Source: Ascidiella aspersa (lineage: Eukaryota). From it: a DNA stretch of 64,000 bases. Positions 63,693 to 64,000 of this stretch are shown piece after piece. The stretch spans positions 8,680,001-8,744,000 of the forward strand of contig OZ004607.1 of the NCBI GenBank assembly GCA_963924565.1. Reading direction: 5' to 3'. Each line of letters begins with the position of its first letter. The stretch's first letter is position 1. Both the position numbers and the translations under genes were made by a program. Under the pieces are notes generated by a model, which worked only from the letters and a program-made list of their open reading frames with translations, ran no database searches and had not been told where the DNA came from.

Positions 63693-64000
63693 ATTAACTT
63701 AAGTCTCAAAATTAGGTAACAGGCATAACTTAAATTCTTAATTTTTGTTTTGGTATGGTGTATTGGGGGATGTCCGATATTTAGCTGTTTACAAACGGTT
63801 CGGCAATACCTCATCCCATCATCAGTGTAAATACGAAAATAGTTTACACTTATGTTGTTATGTGTTTTACCGTGATGATGGCGTGAGGTATTACGGAACG
63901 TTTGTAAACAGTGAAATGTCGATTTTGTCGAATATAATGGATTTAGTAGTTTTATTGAAATTACTAAAAAAACGTATATTGTGTTCTGAAGTCTGCGTAA

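Overview
AT-rich, intron-containing animal DNA, not prokaryotic. An invertebrate chordate such as a tunicate is my guess from composition and intron pattern, but it is not proven. The supplied ORF track mostly shows exon fragments or noise. I assembled three spliced genes by hand from GT-AG junctions and frame continuity. (1) ETHE1 persulfide dioxygenase, minus strand, ~1.4-7.1 kb, start codon unresolved. (2) A full-length HIF-alpha, plus strand, 14.2-35.6 kb, divergent from ETHE1, with bHLH-PAS-PAS, two divergent ODD prolines and a C-TAD carrying the FIH asparagine. (3) The first nine coding exons of an ABCC4/MRP4-type transporter, plus strand, from 48.2 kb, continuing past the window end. 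Introns and intergenic DNA hold many hAT MITEs (some nested), a deleted CACTA/EnSpm-type element with a spliced pseudogene, a Chapaev3-like transposase relic, a foldback element, tRNA-derived SINE-like copies and Penelope-like elements. Most notable: (a) minimal hammerhead ribozymes in inverted-repeat Penelope insertions within two ABCC4 introns; (b) a tandemly duplicated, conservatively diverged exon in the HIF-alpha ODD region; (c) a perfect ERSE fused to a UPRE, with its 15-mer core repeated in a second HIF-alpha intron. No CRISPR array or rRNA seen.
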